From a bacterium (lineage in GTDB: Bacteria; Hinthialibacterota; Hinthialibacteria; Hinthialibacterales; Hinthialibacteraceae): a DNA stretch of 44,329 bases. Numbering within the stretch: the first letter of the stretch is position 1; each line of letters opens with the position of its first letter. Positions 28,926 to 38,251 of the stretch are shown in pieces. Location of the stretch: positions 1-44,329 of the forward strand of contig CAXXSM010000162.1 of the NCBI GenBank assembly GCA_963663405.2. Direction: 5' to 3'. Both the position numbers and the translations under genes were made by a program. The notes under the pieces were generated by a model. The model saw only the letters and a program-made list of their open reading frames with translations, ran no database searches and had not been told where the DNA came from.

Positions 28926-31217
28926 TCACTCCACAGAACTCGTGGTTGCCTGCGGTGTATTGCCATAGGCTCCGAGATTCACGCGTTCCCCATTGGGTTC
29001 GGGTTCCAGATCAGAGGCCGCACTGGAATCGCCGGCATCAATACAGGGAGAATTCTCGGCTAAGTGATAGTCACCTTGCATCCATATCGCATAGTACTGT
29101 GTGGGCGAGACCACCATTCCTGGATTCAAGGCATGCTCCCAGTGCCCCAGGGTCACGAAACCCGGATCCACGTCCAGGTTGCCCACACCTTCATAGCCAC
29201 CTGTCACATCGCTGTATTCGATCACGACACTTGAAGTTTCGTCAGCAAGGACCTCACCCTGGACATTATTCCAGAGAATCGAATCCAATACGGTCAACGT
29301 GCTATTGCTCAGGGCGTTGAGAGCCGCTCCAGATTGCCCCCCATAATTGTCACTGACAGTACAGTTCATCAAATCCACCTGGCTCTTATAGGCACGCAGG
29401 GCCCCGCCCATGCCATGGGCAAAGTCACAACGATTACCCACAATCAAACAATTGGATAGGGTCAATTGACTGGTATGACAATCAAGTCCCCCTGCCCCCT
29501 TACCGTTACCTTGGGTGATGATCAATCCCTGCAATAGGGTATTGGGATCTGCAACGTTACGCACGGTAATCACCGGGGCTTCATCAACACCCTGAATCAC
29601 AGGGAAGGCCCAGTCGTTGGCATCGTTAACATCCATGCCCGTAAGAACCACAGACTTGTGTAACAGGGAAAGATTCTCGGCATAGACTCCACTGCGAATC
29701 ACAATGGTCGCACCGGGAACCGCGACTTCAATGGCTTCTTGAATTGAATCAAACGGATTCTCTAGGGACCCATTCTCATATTGGCCCTCGGGAATCCCGG
29801 CATCAACATACAATACATCCAAAACGCTACGGAAAATCGCTCGAATACGAGCATCACCTCTGATGGCATAGCCATAAGGTGTGTAACCGGCCCACAGGTA
29901 ACCCTCAAAATGGGAGAACTCAAATAAGGGATCATCACTCTGGGCACCCAGTTGAATCTTCTGACCATAGTCATAAAGGAAGTCGCCTTCACCCGGTGTA
30001 ACGATCGCCCCACCGGCACTGGAAGACAACGTCAACACATGTTGATCAATGGCAAAATGGGCCATCAAGGTGTAGTTGCCATCCATGGTCACAGTCGTGA
30101 CCTCTAGGCCAGGATCTGCCACCTTGCCGGCATCCACGGCCGTCCCGGTCCATTCCACAAAATGATAATGAGAATCGGCTGTTGCAACGACACCGAGGGC
30201 GATTCCGTCACCTGTAGGAATAATCCCTTCGCCGGGATCGGTCACGTCTCCCCCATCACTGGACGAGATTGTCAAGGCATGGGCCCAGTTCGGATTGAAC
30301 GGCTCGGCATCATCACCATCAAGAATCCCATCGTTGTCATCGTCAGGATCCACACAATCCGGGATATGATCTAAATCGTTATCCGGTGACATGCTGCTAT
30401 CATCCAGCGGATCGGAGCCACAGGCAATCTCATCGGCATCGGATTGACCGTCATTGTCGTCGTCGGTATCGGCATTGTTACCCACTCCGTCGCCATCGGT
30501 ATCGTCCCATTCCGTCTCGTCAAAGGGGAAGGCATCGTCAACATCTAGATGCCCGTCGTTGTCATCATCGTCATCGACACTATCCGGGATGCCATCATTA
30601 TCGTTGTCCGGTGCCGCAGCTACGGTGACATCGAGAAACGGTCTCCAGTCCGCATCACTGTGATCGTGGGTGGCGATGTTCATGTAACCGGTAGAATTAT
30701 GGAGTACAAACTGAGCAATGCTATCCGAGTCGGTCTTCAGTTCGTCCATGACATCGATACTAAAGGAATCACCAGCCACCCCATCCGTGAAATAGAGGGT
30801 CCCGATGTGGGTCGTTTTGCTGCTATTCAGTGCTCCATAATCACTGGTATTATTACCGGGGGCATTATTCCAGGTGAGGTCCTTCTCGGCCCAGTTGATG
30901 TTGTCCATGCAACTGTCTTTGACATAGGAGACGTCAAAGTGCTGGCTCCCTCCCTTGTCTCCCTGCAAGGTCAGGGTTAGGGTCGCTGAAGAGAGATTGG
31001 CGACATCCAGACCATCTAGATCAAACTTGATCCATGATTTTTGGGATTTATTATCGCTACGAATACTGAGTTTGCTGCCATCACTACGATTCTCATCCGG
31101 TTTGGTAATATCGGTACGGCAGCTTACATTGGCCATAATGATATCCGCCGAAACCAACGGGCAGACTATGAGCCCTAACACAAACACAAGGATTAACACA
31201 CTGATCTTCCTTAACAT
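28926..31217 (-). CDS. Large secreted protein: DNRLRE/CBM96-like domain, thrombospondin type 3 repeats, InlB B-like repeats, DUF1565/beta-helix C-terminal module
   Basis: Signal peptide, KSWIKFD...LTWNNAPGN, DNDNDGIPD..DDDDNDG repeats, YHFVEWTG, GSLENPFDSIQEAI, DYHLAENSPCIDAGD, EPEPNGERVNLGAYGNT. Confidence 0.85.
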   Translation of the reverse strand: MLRKISVLILVFVLGLIVCPLVSADIIMANVSCRTDITKPDENRSDGSKLSIRSDNKSQKSWIKFDLDGLDVANLSSATLTLTLQGDKGGSQHFDVSYVKDSCMDNINWAEKDLTWNNAPGNNTSDYGALNSSKTTHIGTLYFTDGVAGDSFSIDVMDELKTDSDSIAQFVLHNSTGYMNIATHDHSDADWRPFLDVTVAAAPDNDNDGIPDSVDDDDDNDGHLDVDDAFPFDETEWDDTDGDGVGNNADTDDDNDGQSDADEIACGSDPLDDSSMSPDNDLDHIPDCVDPDDDNDGILDGDDAEPFNPNWAHALTISSSDGGDVTDPGEGIIPTGDGIALGVVATADSHYHFVEWTGTAVDAGKVADPGLEVTTVTMDGNYTLMAHFAIDQHVLTLSSSAGGAIVTPGEGDFLYDYGQKIQLGAQSDDPLFEFSHFEGYLWAGYTPYGYAIRGDARIRAIFRSVLDVLYVDAGIPEGQYENGSLENPFDSIQEAIEVAVPGATIVIRSGVYAENLSLLHKSVVLTGMDVNDANDWAFPVIQGVDEAPVITVRNVADPNTLLQGLIITQGNGKGAGGLDCHTSQLTLSNCLIVGNRCDFAHGMGGALRAYKSQVDLMNCTVSDNYGGQSGAALNALSNSTLTVLDSILWNNVQGEVLADETSSVVIEYSDVTGGYEGVGNLDVDPGFVTLGHWEHALNPGMVVSPTQYYAIWMQGDYHLAENSPCIDAGDSSAASDLEPEPNGERVNLGAYGNTPQATTSSVE

Positions 31218-31467
31218 AGCATTCTCCTCTTCATTTGGTTAATGGTGTTGTTCACGAATTGAGTGCGATTCAATCCATGTCACTTTTCCTTAGAATGGGC
31301 CTCCATAGGATGATTATTTCCATTCAGGATGACTCGAAAACATCCTTTCAAGTCTTATCCTGCTCCAAAACGTCCGTAATTATAGGAACCTCTCTTGCAG
31401 GTAGCAAGTAAACTCATAAAAATATTTCACGACCCGGAAGAAAAGATAAAATAGGCAATTTACCTAT

Positions 31468-34400
31468 CTATTTACAAGCTTCCGCTTGTGATGTTCCACC
31501 ATAAACTCCCTGGTTAATACGACCACCATTGGGTTCCGGCTCTAACTTATAGATGGCATTGGGATCCCCTGCATCGACACAGGATGAATTGGGGTCCAAG
31601 TGATAATCACCATCCATCCAAATAGCATAGGCATGTGAAGGAGACACCAGCATCCCTGAATTCAAAGCGTGTTCCCAATAGCCGGGAGTCACAAAATTGG
31701 GATCTATATCCAGACTGCTATATTGCATGAGGATCACGGAGGTAACATCGCGATAAAGCTCGTTAGGTTCGTTGTCCCAAAGAATCGAATCGGAGACAGT
31801 AACCACACTGTTGCTATCCGCATACAGAACCGCGCCAGTCCATCCGCCAAAATTACCACTGAGAGTACAGTTGATTAAGTTCACCTGGCTCTCATAGGCA
31901 TGTAAGGCCCCGCCCTTCCCATGGGTTGGATCGCAACGATTGCCTACAACCAAACAGTTAGCCAGGGTCAACTGAGCACCACGACAATCAAGCCCTCCAG
32001 CCACCTTGCCATCGCCTCGACTGATCACCAAGCCTTGGATCAGGGTGTTGGAATCGGCAACGTTACGCACCGTAACGACCGGGTCGTCACCCACACCTTG
32101 AATCACAGGAAAGCCCCAGTCATTGGCATCATTGACATCCACGCCGGTCAAGGTCAAGGACTTACCGGATAGCTTCAGATTCTCGGCATAGGTGCCCGTT
32201 CGGATCATTACCGTCGATCCTGGAGCAGCCACTTCAATGGCCTCTTGAATCGAGCCAAAGGGGTATTCATCCGTGCCGTTTTCGTACTGACCTGCTGGGA
32301 TATTGGCATCCACACAAAGAACATCTAAGAGACTATGAAAAACCGCATGAATGTGAGCGTCACCCCTTACAGTAAAAGAGTGATAGGGACTATAGCCCGC
32401 CCAGAGATGGCCTTCGAAATGAGAGAACTCGAACAAAGGATCATCGACTCTCACCGTCAATGGGATCTGCATGCCATAGTCAAAGAGATGCTCCCCCTCG
32501 CAGGGATCCACAACCGTACCACCCACGCTGGAAGTCAACACCAAGGCATAACGATCGATCGCAAAAACCGCTTCGACAGTCAGATCATCAGTTACGGTGA
32601 CTATCGTTGCAAGAGACTGGGCATCCAGGACCGTCCCAGCCCAACTGACAAAATGATAATGAGGCAAAACCATGGCAGTCAAATCCACGATCGTACCATA
32701 GTCATAGACAAAGTCCCCTTCCCCGGGAGCTACGACCGAACCGCCCTCATTGGAAACTATCGTCAAGGCATGTCGATCAATCGCAAAAACAGCCTGAACG
32801 CTGACGTCACCCTCCATCAACACCGTGGTTATGGCAGAACTGCTATCTGCAACAGGTCCGATCCACTCGACAAAGTGATAATGGGCATCGGCAGCGGCTT
32901 CCAGATCCACCACTGTGCCGTAGTCATAATCAAAGGTTCCTTCCCCCGGAACTGAAACCGATCCACCATCATTAGACGACACCGTCAAGAGATGTTTATC
33001 AATGGCAAAAACGGCTTCAACGCTGATTTTACCATCCATCACCACGGTGGTCACGGCAGCACAGCTATCCGCGACCGGACCGACCCACTCGACAAAGTGA
33101 TAGTGCGCCTCGGCAATGGCTTCGAGAGTCACCACCGTACCGTAATCATAATCAAAGATTCCTTCACCTGGAACAGTGGCGAAACCTCCATCGTTAGACG
33201 ATACGGCCAGCTGATGTACATCGATGGCGTAGTTGGCCGTCAGGGTCATCACCGCAGTAACCGTAACGCTCAGGGGATCATCCATTCCAGAAACATCCCC
33301 ACTCCAACCCTGAAAGTGATAGCCGATATCCGGGATCGCATCGATGGTTAACGTCTCGCCGTGATTGACGATATAGGTGCCGTCCTGATCCGTGTGACCA
33401 CCGGGGTTAGAAGCGATAGTCACCTGGTATTGGTTGATTTCAAAGTGCGCAGTGAGGGTTATGTTCGATCTGACTGTTACCGTCAAGGGATCGTCCGCAC
33501 CGGAAACATCCCCGCTCCATCCCGTAAAGTGGTAACCCGTATTGGAAGTCGGGGTGATGGTCAAGTCGTCGCCATGATTAACCGTATGCGTCCCATCCTG
33601 ATCCGTGCTCCCCCCCACCATGGAAACCACTGTCACCGTGTATTGATCCATCGAGAAATTGGCGGTAATCACCATGTCGGACGTCACTGTTATCGTCAAG
33701 GGATCATCCGCTCCCCCGACATCCCCACTCCAAGAATCAAAATGATAGCCGGTTTGAGCATTGGGGGTGAGGGTTAAGGTCTCGCCATGGGGTATCAAAT
33801 GGCTGCCGTCCCGATCGGTCTGACCACCGATTGTTGAATGGACAGTTACGGTATAGGTGTTAATGGTAAATACGGCTTGAACCGTGACAGAATCAACTAA
33901 TGTGACCGTGGTGTTGTCCGAGGTGGTGTCAGCCACCGGCCCGACCCACTCGACGAAGCGATAGCCCTCGTCTGGCGTGGCGACTAATGGCACCTCCGTA
34001 TCACTGGCATAAAGGAAGCTACCCTCGCCTGGTTCAGTGACTTCTCCACCGTTACTGGAAGAAACTGTTAAGATGAATTCCGTGACGTCGTCGCAGGCAT
34101 CACCGATCCCATCATTGTCACGGTCGACCTGGTCAGGATTGGCGATCGTGGGACAATTGTCCAGATCATCCGGCACACCGTCGGCGTCCGCATCCGCCAT
34201 AGGCGGGACATAGCTTGCTAAAGGAAAAGGCGTTGCTGCCGTGGCATTGCCTTCTTCATCGTCCAGGGCATTGATCCCACTAAAAATCCAGTGGGCCAGT
34301 TGAAAGGTGTCGCCGTCAGTAGCAGTCCCACTGACACGATAAGCCCAGCCATCGGTGTATTCCCAGGGCTGACCTGAACCATCGGTATTGATATCGCCAA

Positions 34401-34809
34401 AGACATCCACCACCACGCCGTTGTGGAATAATTCGATGGCATCGTCACCATTGATATTGGCTTTGGTGTTCGTATAGTCAGGATCGAAACCAAAGAAAGC
34501 ATCGAACTGCGTGACCTCGTATGCGACGTAGAGGAAGCTCCCCGCGACGGCTGAATCCGTTGAAAAGGTAAACTCTTGGTTGTCGGTTCCCCCACCATTG
34601 TTAGCGAATCCCAAACCGTATTCACTCAGGTCGGCAATGTCGGCCAGGGCATACAACTCCACCGCCTTGGGACACCCACCGGACAAAGGACCATCGACCA
34701 CCCCCGTAATGATTAAATCGCCAGCCAAGGACCACGACACCGGCCCGAGCCACATCACCAGACATGCTAAAAGTCTTGAAGCGGACAACCAGTAGACACC
34801 ATTTCGCAT
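31468..34809 (-). CDS. Large secreted protein: lamin-tail-like N-terminal domain, TSP3 repeat, eight InlB B-like repeats, DUF1565/beta-helix C-terminal module
   Basis: LIITGVVDGPLSGGCPKAVELY...INGDDAIEL...WEYTDGWAYR, DADADGVPDDLDNCP, eight ~72-aa repeats with YHFxxWxG, EPEPNGGRINQGVYGGT. Confidence 0.87.
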   Translation of the reverse strand: MRNGVYWLSASRLLACLVMWLGPVSWSLAGDLIITGVVDGPLSGGCPKAVELYALADIADLSEYGLGFANNGGGTDNQEFTFSTDSAVAGSFLYVAYEVTQFDAFFGFDPDYTNTKANINGDDAIELFHNGVVVDVFGDINTDGSGQPWEYTDGWAYRVSGTATDGDTFQLAHWIFSGINALDDEEGNATAATPFPLASYVPPMADADADGVPDDLDNCPTIANPDQVDRDNDGIGDACDDVTEFILTVSSSNGGEVTEPGEGSFLYASDTEVPLVATPDEGYRFVEWVGPVADTTSDNTTVTLVDSVTVQAVFTINTYTVTVHSTIGGQTDRDGSHLIPHGETLTLTPNAQTGYHFDSWSGDVGGADDPLTITVTSDMVITANFSMDQYTVTVVSMVGGSTDQDGTHTVNHGDDLTITPTSNTGYHFTGWSGDVSGADDPLTVTVRSNITLTAHFEINQYQVTIASNPGGHTDQDGTYIVNHGETLTIDAIPDIGYHFQGWSGDVSGMDDPLSVTVTAVMTLTANYAIDVHQLAVSSNDGGFATVPGEGIFDYDYGTVVTLEAIAEAHYHFVEWVGPVADSCAAVTTVVMDGKISVEAVFAIDKHLLTVSSNDGGSVSVPGEGTFDYDYGTVVDLEAAADAHYHFVEWIGPVADSSSAITTVLMEGDVSVQAVFAIDRHALTIVSNEGGSVVAPGEGDFVYDYGTIVDLTAMVLPHYHFVSWAGTVLDAQSLATIVTVTDDLTVEAVFAIDRYALVLTSSVGGTVVDPCEGEHLFDYGMQIPLTVRVDDPLFEFSHFEGHLWAGYSPYHSFTVRGDAHIHAVFHSLLDVLCVDANIPAGQYENGTDEYPFGSIQEAIEVAAPGSTVMIRTGTYAENLKLSGKSLTLTGVDVNDANDWGFPVIQGVGDDPVVTVRNVADSNTLIQGLVISRGDGKVAGGLDCRGAQLTLANCLVVGNRCDPTHGKGGALHAYESQVNLINCTLSGNFGGWTGAVLYADSNSVVTVSDSILWDNEPNELYRDVTSVILMQYSSLDIDPNFVTPGYWEHALNSGMLVSPSHAYAIWMDGDYHLDPNSSCVDAGDPNAIYKLEPEPNGGRINQGVYGGTSQAEACK
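32335..34080 (-). repeat. Eight intragenic tandem repeats of about 213-225 bp (InlB B/Flg_new-like), two subtypes
   Basis: Units 1, 5, 6, 7 and divergent 8 carry a PGEG-like motif; units 2, 3, 4 carry GGxTDxDG...WSGDVxGxDDPL. Confidence 0.85.
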
Positions 34810-34928
34810 TGGGATTCTCCTTTCGCAACCGTGCCATATCTCTCATGGTGGAAAATCCCGGTTGGATGGCCTACCCCTGCATTATAGACAATTGATCTGT
34901 CGCTCCAACTGCGGCATCTACGTATTTT

Positions 34929-35309
34929 CTATGAATTCTGGACCGCGATGCACTCGATTTCAACCCTGGCGTCCAGCGGTAGACGTGCAACCTGCACGGT
35001 GGCGCGGGCGGGCTTATGTGCATCGAAGGCCTCGGCGTAGATTTGATTGACCGTAGGAAAGTCATTCATGTCCGCCACGAAAACCGTGGTCTTGGCCACT
35101 TGCTGCAAGCTGGATCCAGCCGCCTTTAATACGGCCGCGAGGTTTTCCAGTACTTGACGGGTCTGGGACTTGACATCGTCGCCTACCATCTTGCCGGTGG
35201 CCGGGTTCAGCCCCAATTGACCGGAACAAAAAACCAGTCCATTGACCTTCGTTGCTTGAGAATAGGGTCCGATCGCCTGTGGGGCTTGATCCGTATTAAT
35301 CAACTCCAT
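34929..35309 (-). CDS. ridA: RidA/YjgF enamine/imine deaminase
   Basis: APQAIGPYSQA, FCSGQ, KTTVF, PARATVQVARLP..VEIE. GAGGAG RBS before ATG 35309. Confidence 0.93.
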   Translation of the reverse strand: MELINTDQAPQAIGPYSQATKVNGLVFCSGQLGLNPATGKMVGDDVKSQTRQVLENLAAVLKAAGSSLQQVAKTTVFVADMNDFPTVNQIYAEAFDAHKPARATVQVARLPLDARVEIECIAVQNS

Positions 35310-35325
35310 GTGAGTCTCCTCTTTT

Positions 35326-35425
35326 AAGGTTCCAAGTTCAAGGTTCAAGGTTCACCGTTGGTTGAATAAGGAAGTTCTTTTATAGCTAACTGTGAACCGT
35401 GAACCTTTTTCAACCGTGAACCTCA
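35326..35425 (-). repeat. Inverted heptamer-repeat element, copy A (ridA leader)
   Basis: Plus strand AAGGTTC CAAGTTC AAGGTTC AAGGTTC ... TAACTGT GAACCGT GAACCTT ... CAACCGT GAACCTC. Confidence 0.8.
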
Positions 35426-35433
35426 AGATATTA

Positions 35434-36417
35434 TCATTGATTCATAATCGTACAGAATACCCCATCGACCACGCCCGCCATCTTGTCGTAGTCGAGCGTA
35501 TCGGCGGTATCCTTGTCCGTGTGATAATTACGATTGCGGGCCCAGGCCGTGTCCGTGATCATCACGGCCGGGTAACCCTGTTTCCAATAATTCATGTGAT
35601 CGGAATTCTCGATGGCCATGGTCACACTCTGGACGAGCAGATCCGTACCCCCATAGAAACCCCGTTTGACATGGCGAATCAGATCCCGATCCTGCCAGCG
35701 TGAAATGACGGCAATGAAGTCTCCCTCTTTCGGATAAATATATTGTAGATGGGGATAGGGATAGCCTTGCACCTCGCTGTAGTAACCGATCATCTCCAAA
35801 CAGATCATTCCGCGTACGACGGTCGGTGTCTGTTTCAACGATGCCGCATGGATATAGCTCCCCATGGAACGCGTGCCATAGAACGGGGCCTCTTCAGTGG
35901 AATAGGCCACCAACTCGATTGGGTGGGGCACCTCGACCTGCCCCAGTAAACGAGCCAGTTCCAACAAACCCGCCACGCCACTGGCATTGTCATCGGCACC
36001 GGGAAGGTTCTTATGGACATCATAGTGCGCCCCCACCACCCACAGCGGCCCCTTGGCCGGACCAAAACGGGCCACTAGATTGTAATAGTCCAGGCCATTG
36101 CCACAATAGGCTTGCCGCGTGACATGGTTGTTGGGTTGGGTTAAAGCCTGCTCCACATAATCCGCTGCTTGGTTCAACACCTCCAGATTATTGGCATGGC
36201 GGCCATAGGTCTCTTGCGAGAGATACACCACATGATTCTGCAAACGATTGGGATCGGCTTGTCCCCCTTCAATCGCAGGCAATGCTCCCCAGGTCGGTAG
36301 TTTCAAGGCATAAACTGATCCGCCCAACAACAGACCCAATCCCAACACCCCCACGAGGACTCCACCGAGTACAATTCGCAGAATTCGTATCTTCAACGTT
36401 ACATTCTTCCTCTCCAT
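35434..36417 (-). CDS. M28 family metallopeptidase, membrane anchored
   Basis: VGAHYD, PGADDNASGVAGLLELAR, EE, CLEMIGY, SDH, NYHTDKDT. Confidence 0.92.
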   Translation of the reverse strand: MERKNVTLKIRILRIVLGGVLVGVLGLGLLLGGSVYALKLPTWGALPAIEGGQADPNRLQNHVVYLSQETYGRHANNLEVLNQAADYVEQALTQPNNHVTRQAYCGNGLDYYNLVARFGPAKGPLWVVGAHYDVHKNLPGADDNASGVAGLLELARLLGQVEVPHPIELVAYSTEEAPFYGTRSMGSYIHAASLKQTPTVVRGMICLEMIGYYSEVQGYPYPHLQYIYPKEGDFIAVISRWQDRDLIRHVKRGFYGGTDLLVQSVTMAIENSDHMNYWKQGYPAVMITDTAWARNRNYHTDKDTADTLDYDKMAGVVDGVFCTIMNQ

Positions 36418-36431
36418 AAGTTACCTCGCCA

Positions 36432-37655
36432 CTATGTCTTACTAGTTTCTCCTGATTTCGGTCCAAAAACCTTGACCTTGACTAACCGCCCATCCAAGCC
36501 ACCGCTGGCAATCGGTTTCTTCCAGCTGGGACGCAGGCCCAGGTGTTTGATGAGTTCACGATCGCCAAAGTATAAATAAACCGATGAATCCATGCAACAC
36601 TGCTTAAGGAAGTCACCCAGCTCTTTGCAGAATGTTTCCATGCCCTCTTTCTTCTGGAGACGCAGGCCATAAGGCGGATTGCAGATGATGGTGGTATGGG
36701 ATAGATCCTTGATGTTACGAAAATCAATGGACTTGAGGGCCACTAGATCTCCACCCGGTAGTACGTCCAAGTTGGCCCGAGCCGCTTCCAGGGCCTTATG
36801 CGAGATGTCACTGCCGGAGATCAAGCCCGCAGGCAAGGGACGAATGTTCTCTAGTGCTTCTTGCTTGACCTTTTCCCATAGCTCCGGTTGAAAGTCAGGC
36901 AAGGCTTCAAAACCGAAACGCTCGCGTAAGTAAGCCGCAGGGATCCTACAATACTGCATCAAGGCCTCGCACAATAAGGTTCCGGATCCACACATGGGAT
37001 CGACCAACGGCCCCTCACCCTGCCAGCCACTGTAGCGTACGATGCCTGCGGCAATGGTCTCCTGCATGGGGGCGTCATGTCCCATCACCCGGTAGTGACG
37101 TTTGTGCAGGGAGCCACCTGAAACCTCCAGACCGATGACCGCTCGGTTGTTGTGGATGTAGAGATTGAACCAGACGTCGGGATTGTCCGTGTCCACGTTG
37201 GGTCGCTTGTCATACTTGGCCATGAAGTAATCGGCTATGGCATCCTTGAGACAGAGGGCCGCGTATTTGGAGTGGCGGATGTGACTGTTGGACACATTGG
37301 CCACAATGGCAAAGGTCGTGTCCAACGAAAGAAAATCGGTCCAGTCAATCTCCATGGCCCGCTTGTGCAGATACTTGGTGCTGTGGCAATCCAGAAAGGT
37401 GATCGGGGCGATGATCTTCTGGATCACACGTGTATGATAGGTAATGCGATAAAGAGTCTCAGGGCTGGCCCAAAAATAGAGCCCACGAAAACCTGGCTTG
37501 ACCTCGGTCGCCCCCAGTTCCATCAACTCCTGCTCAGCCAGGGGTTCGAGCCCCTCGCCGATCTGAGCAAAATACTGCCGATTCTGCTGATAGGTATATT
37601 TGCCCTTGCCCTGGGGCTTATTGCGTCGTTTCTTTGACTTCTTCTGCATATACAT
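36432..37655 (-). CDS. THUMP-domain class I SAM-dependent RNA methyltransferase (RlmL/YpsC-like)
   Basis: GLEPLAEQEL, LKDAIAD, SGGSLHKRHYR, APMQETIAA, DPMCGSGT, GSDI, NPPYG. Confidence 0.92.
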   Translation of the reverse strand: MYMQKKSKKRRNKPQGKGKYTYQQNRQYFAQIGEGLEPLAEQELMELGATEVKPGFRGLYFWASPETLYRITYHTRVIQKIIAPITFLDCHSTKYLHKRAMEIDWTDFLSLDTTFAIVANVSNSHIRHSKYAALCLKDAIADYFMAKYDKRPNVDTDNPDVWFNLYIHNNRAVIGLEVSGGSLHKRHYRVMGHDAPMQETIAAGIVRYSGWQGEGPLVDPMCGSGTLLCEALMQYCRIPAAYLRERFGFEALPDFQPELWEKVKQEALENIRPLPAGLISGSDISHKALEAARANLDVLPGGDLVALKSIDFRNIKDLSHTTIICNPPYGLRLQKKEGMETFCKELGDFLKQCCMDSSVYLYFGDRELIKHLGLRPSWKKPIASGGLDGRLVKVKVFGPKSGETSKT

Positions 37656-38075
37656 CCTAATAAAAGGGGCATTGTAGCAGATTAATCACCTCAGGGAGAA
37701 GACAAAGCTGAATTTCTCTTATCGACCGATAACCTTATGAATCATCCCTAGCTCCAGGTTACTTTTTTTTAATAATCCCTACCATCCCTACAGCCCCTCC
37801 AAACAGACCCCTTAATCCAGTCTCTTTCGGTACAGTTTTGCCCTCCGAAAACGACGCTACCCCATAAGCCAATGCTTTTATCGGCCCGGGGGCTGCCGAG
37901 CAATCCTACCCCCGCTCCTCCATTGCCAGGATCCAATCATTGCGAACACGGCTTTCACAGTCAATCATGGCAAAGTTCTCTTTAGTTTTTCCCCGCAACC
38001 GCAAGATAAGAATAAGCATAGGCCTACAAGAGGTAGACCTTCATGGACTCGAACACTTATAAGATTAGGATTAAC

Positions 38076-38249
38076 ATGGAACCCATCACCCTAAAACAGA
38101 AATTCGCCTTCGCCTGTGTCGTCTGCTTTGTCCTCTATCTTTGCACCATTCCCTTTGCTTTCCAGAACACCCGTCAATTCAGCTCACCGTCGAGCTTCAC
38201 TGATTACGGCCAATATGAAGAGGTTCTGCGTATCGTTAAGATACGGTAG
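38076..38249 (+). CDS. Possible small membrane protein
   Basis: AGGA RBS, one hydrophobic helix (FAFACVVCFVLYLCTIPFAF), stop abuts the converging gene. No family recognised. Confidence 0.3.
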   Translation: MEPITLKQKFAFACVVCFVLYLCTIPFAFQNTRQFSSPSSFTDYGQYEEVLRIVKIR

Positions 38250-38251
38250 AA

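Noticed and set aside
28634-29320. 228-aa plus-strand ORF
   Set aside because: Crosses a terminator and lies antisense to a well-supported gene. Composition is not protein-like.
34825-34838. TGGCACGGTTGC upstream of the 1113-aa gene as a sigma-54 promoter
   Set aside because: GG-to-GC spacing is 3 nt too short and it sits right next to the RBS.
37800-37850. c-di-GMP-I riboswitch-like GGCAAAAC...GAAA on the minus strand
   Set aside because: The bases flanking GAAA do not pair and the GACGCAAAG segment is absent.
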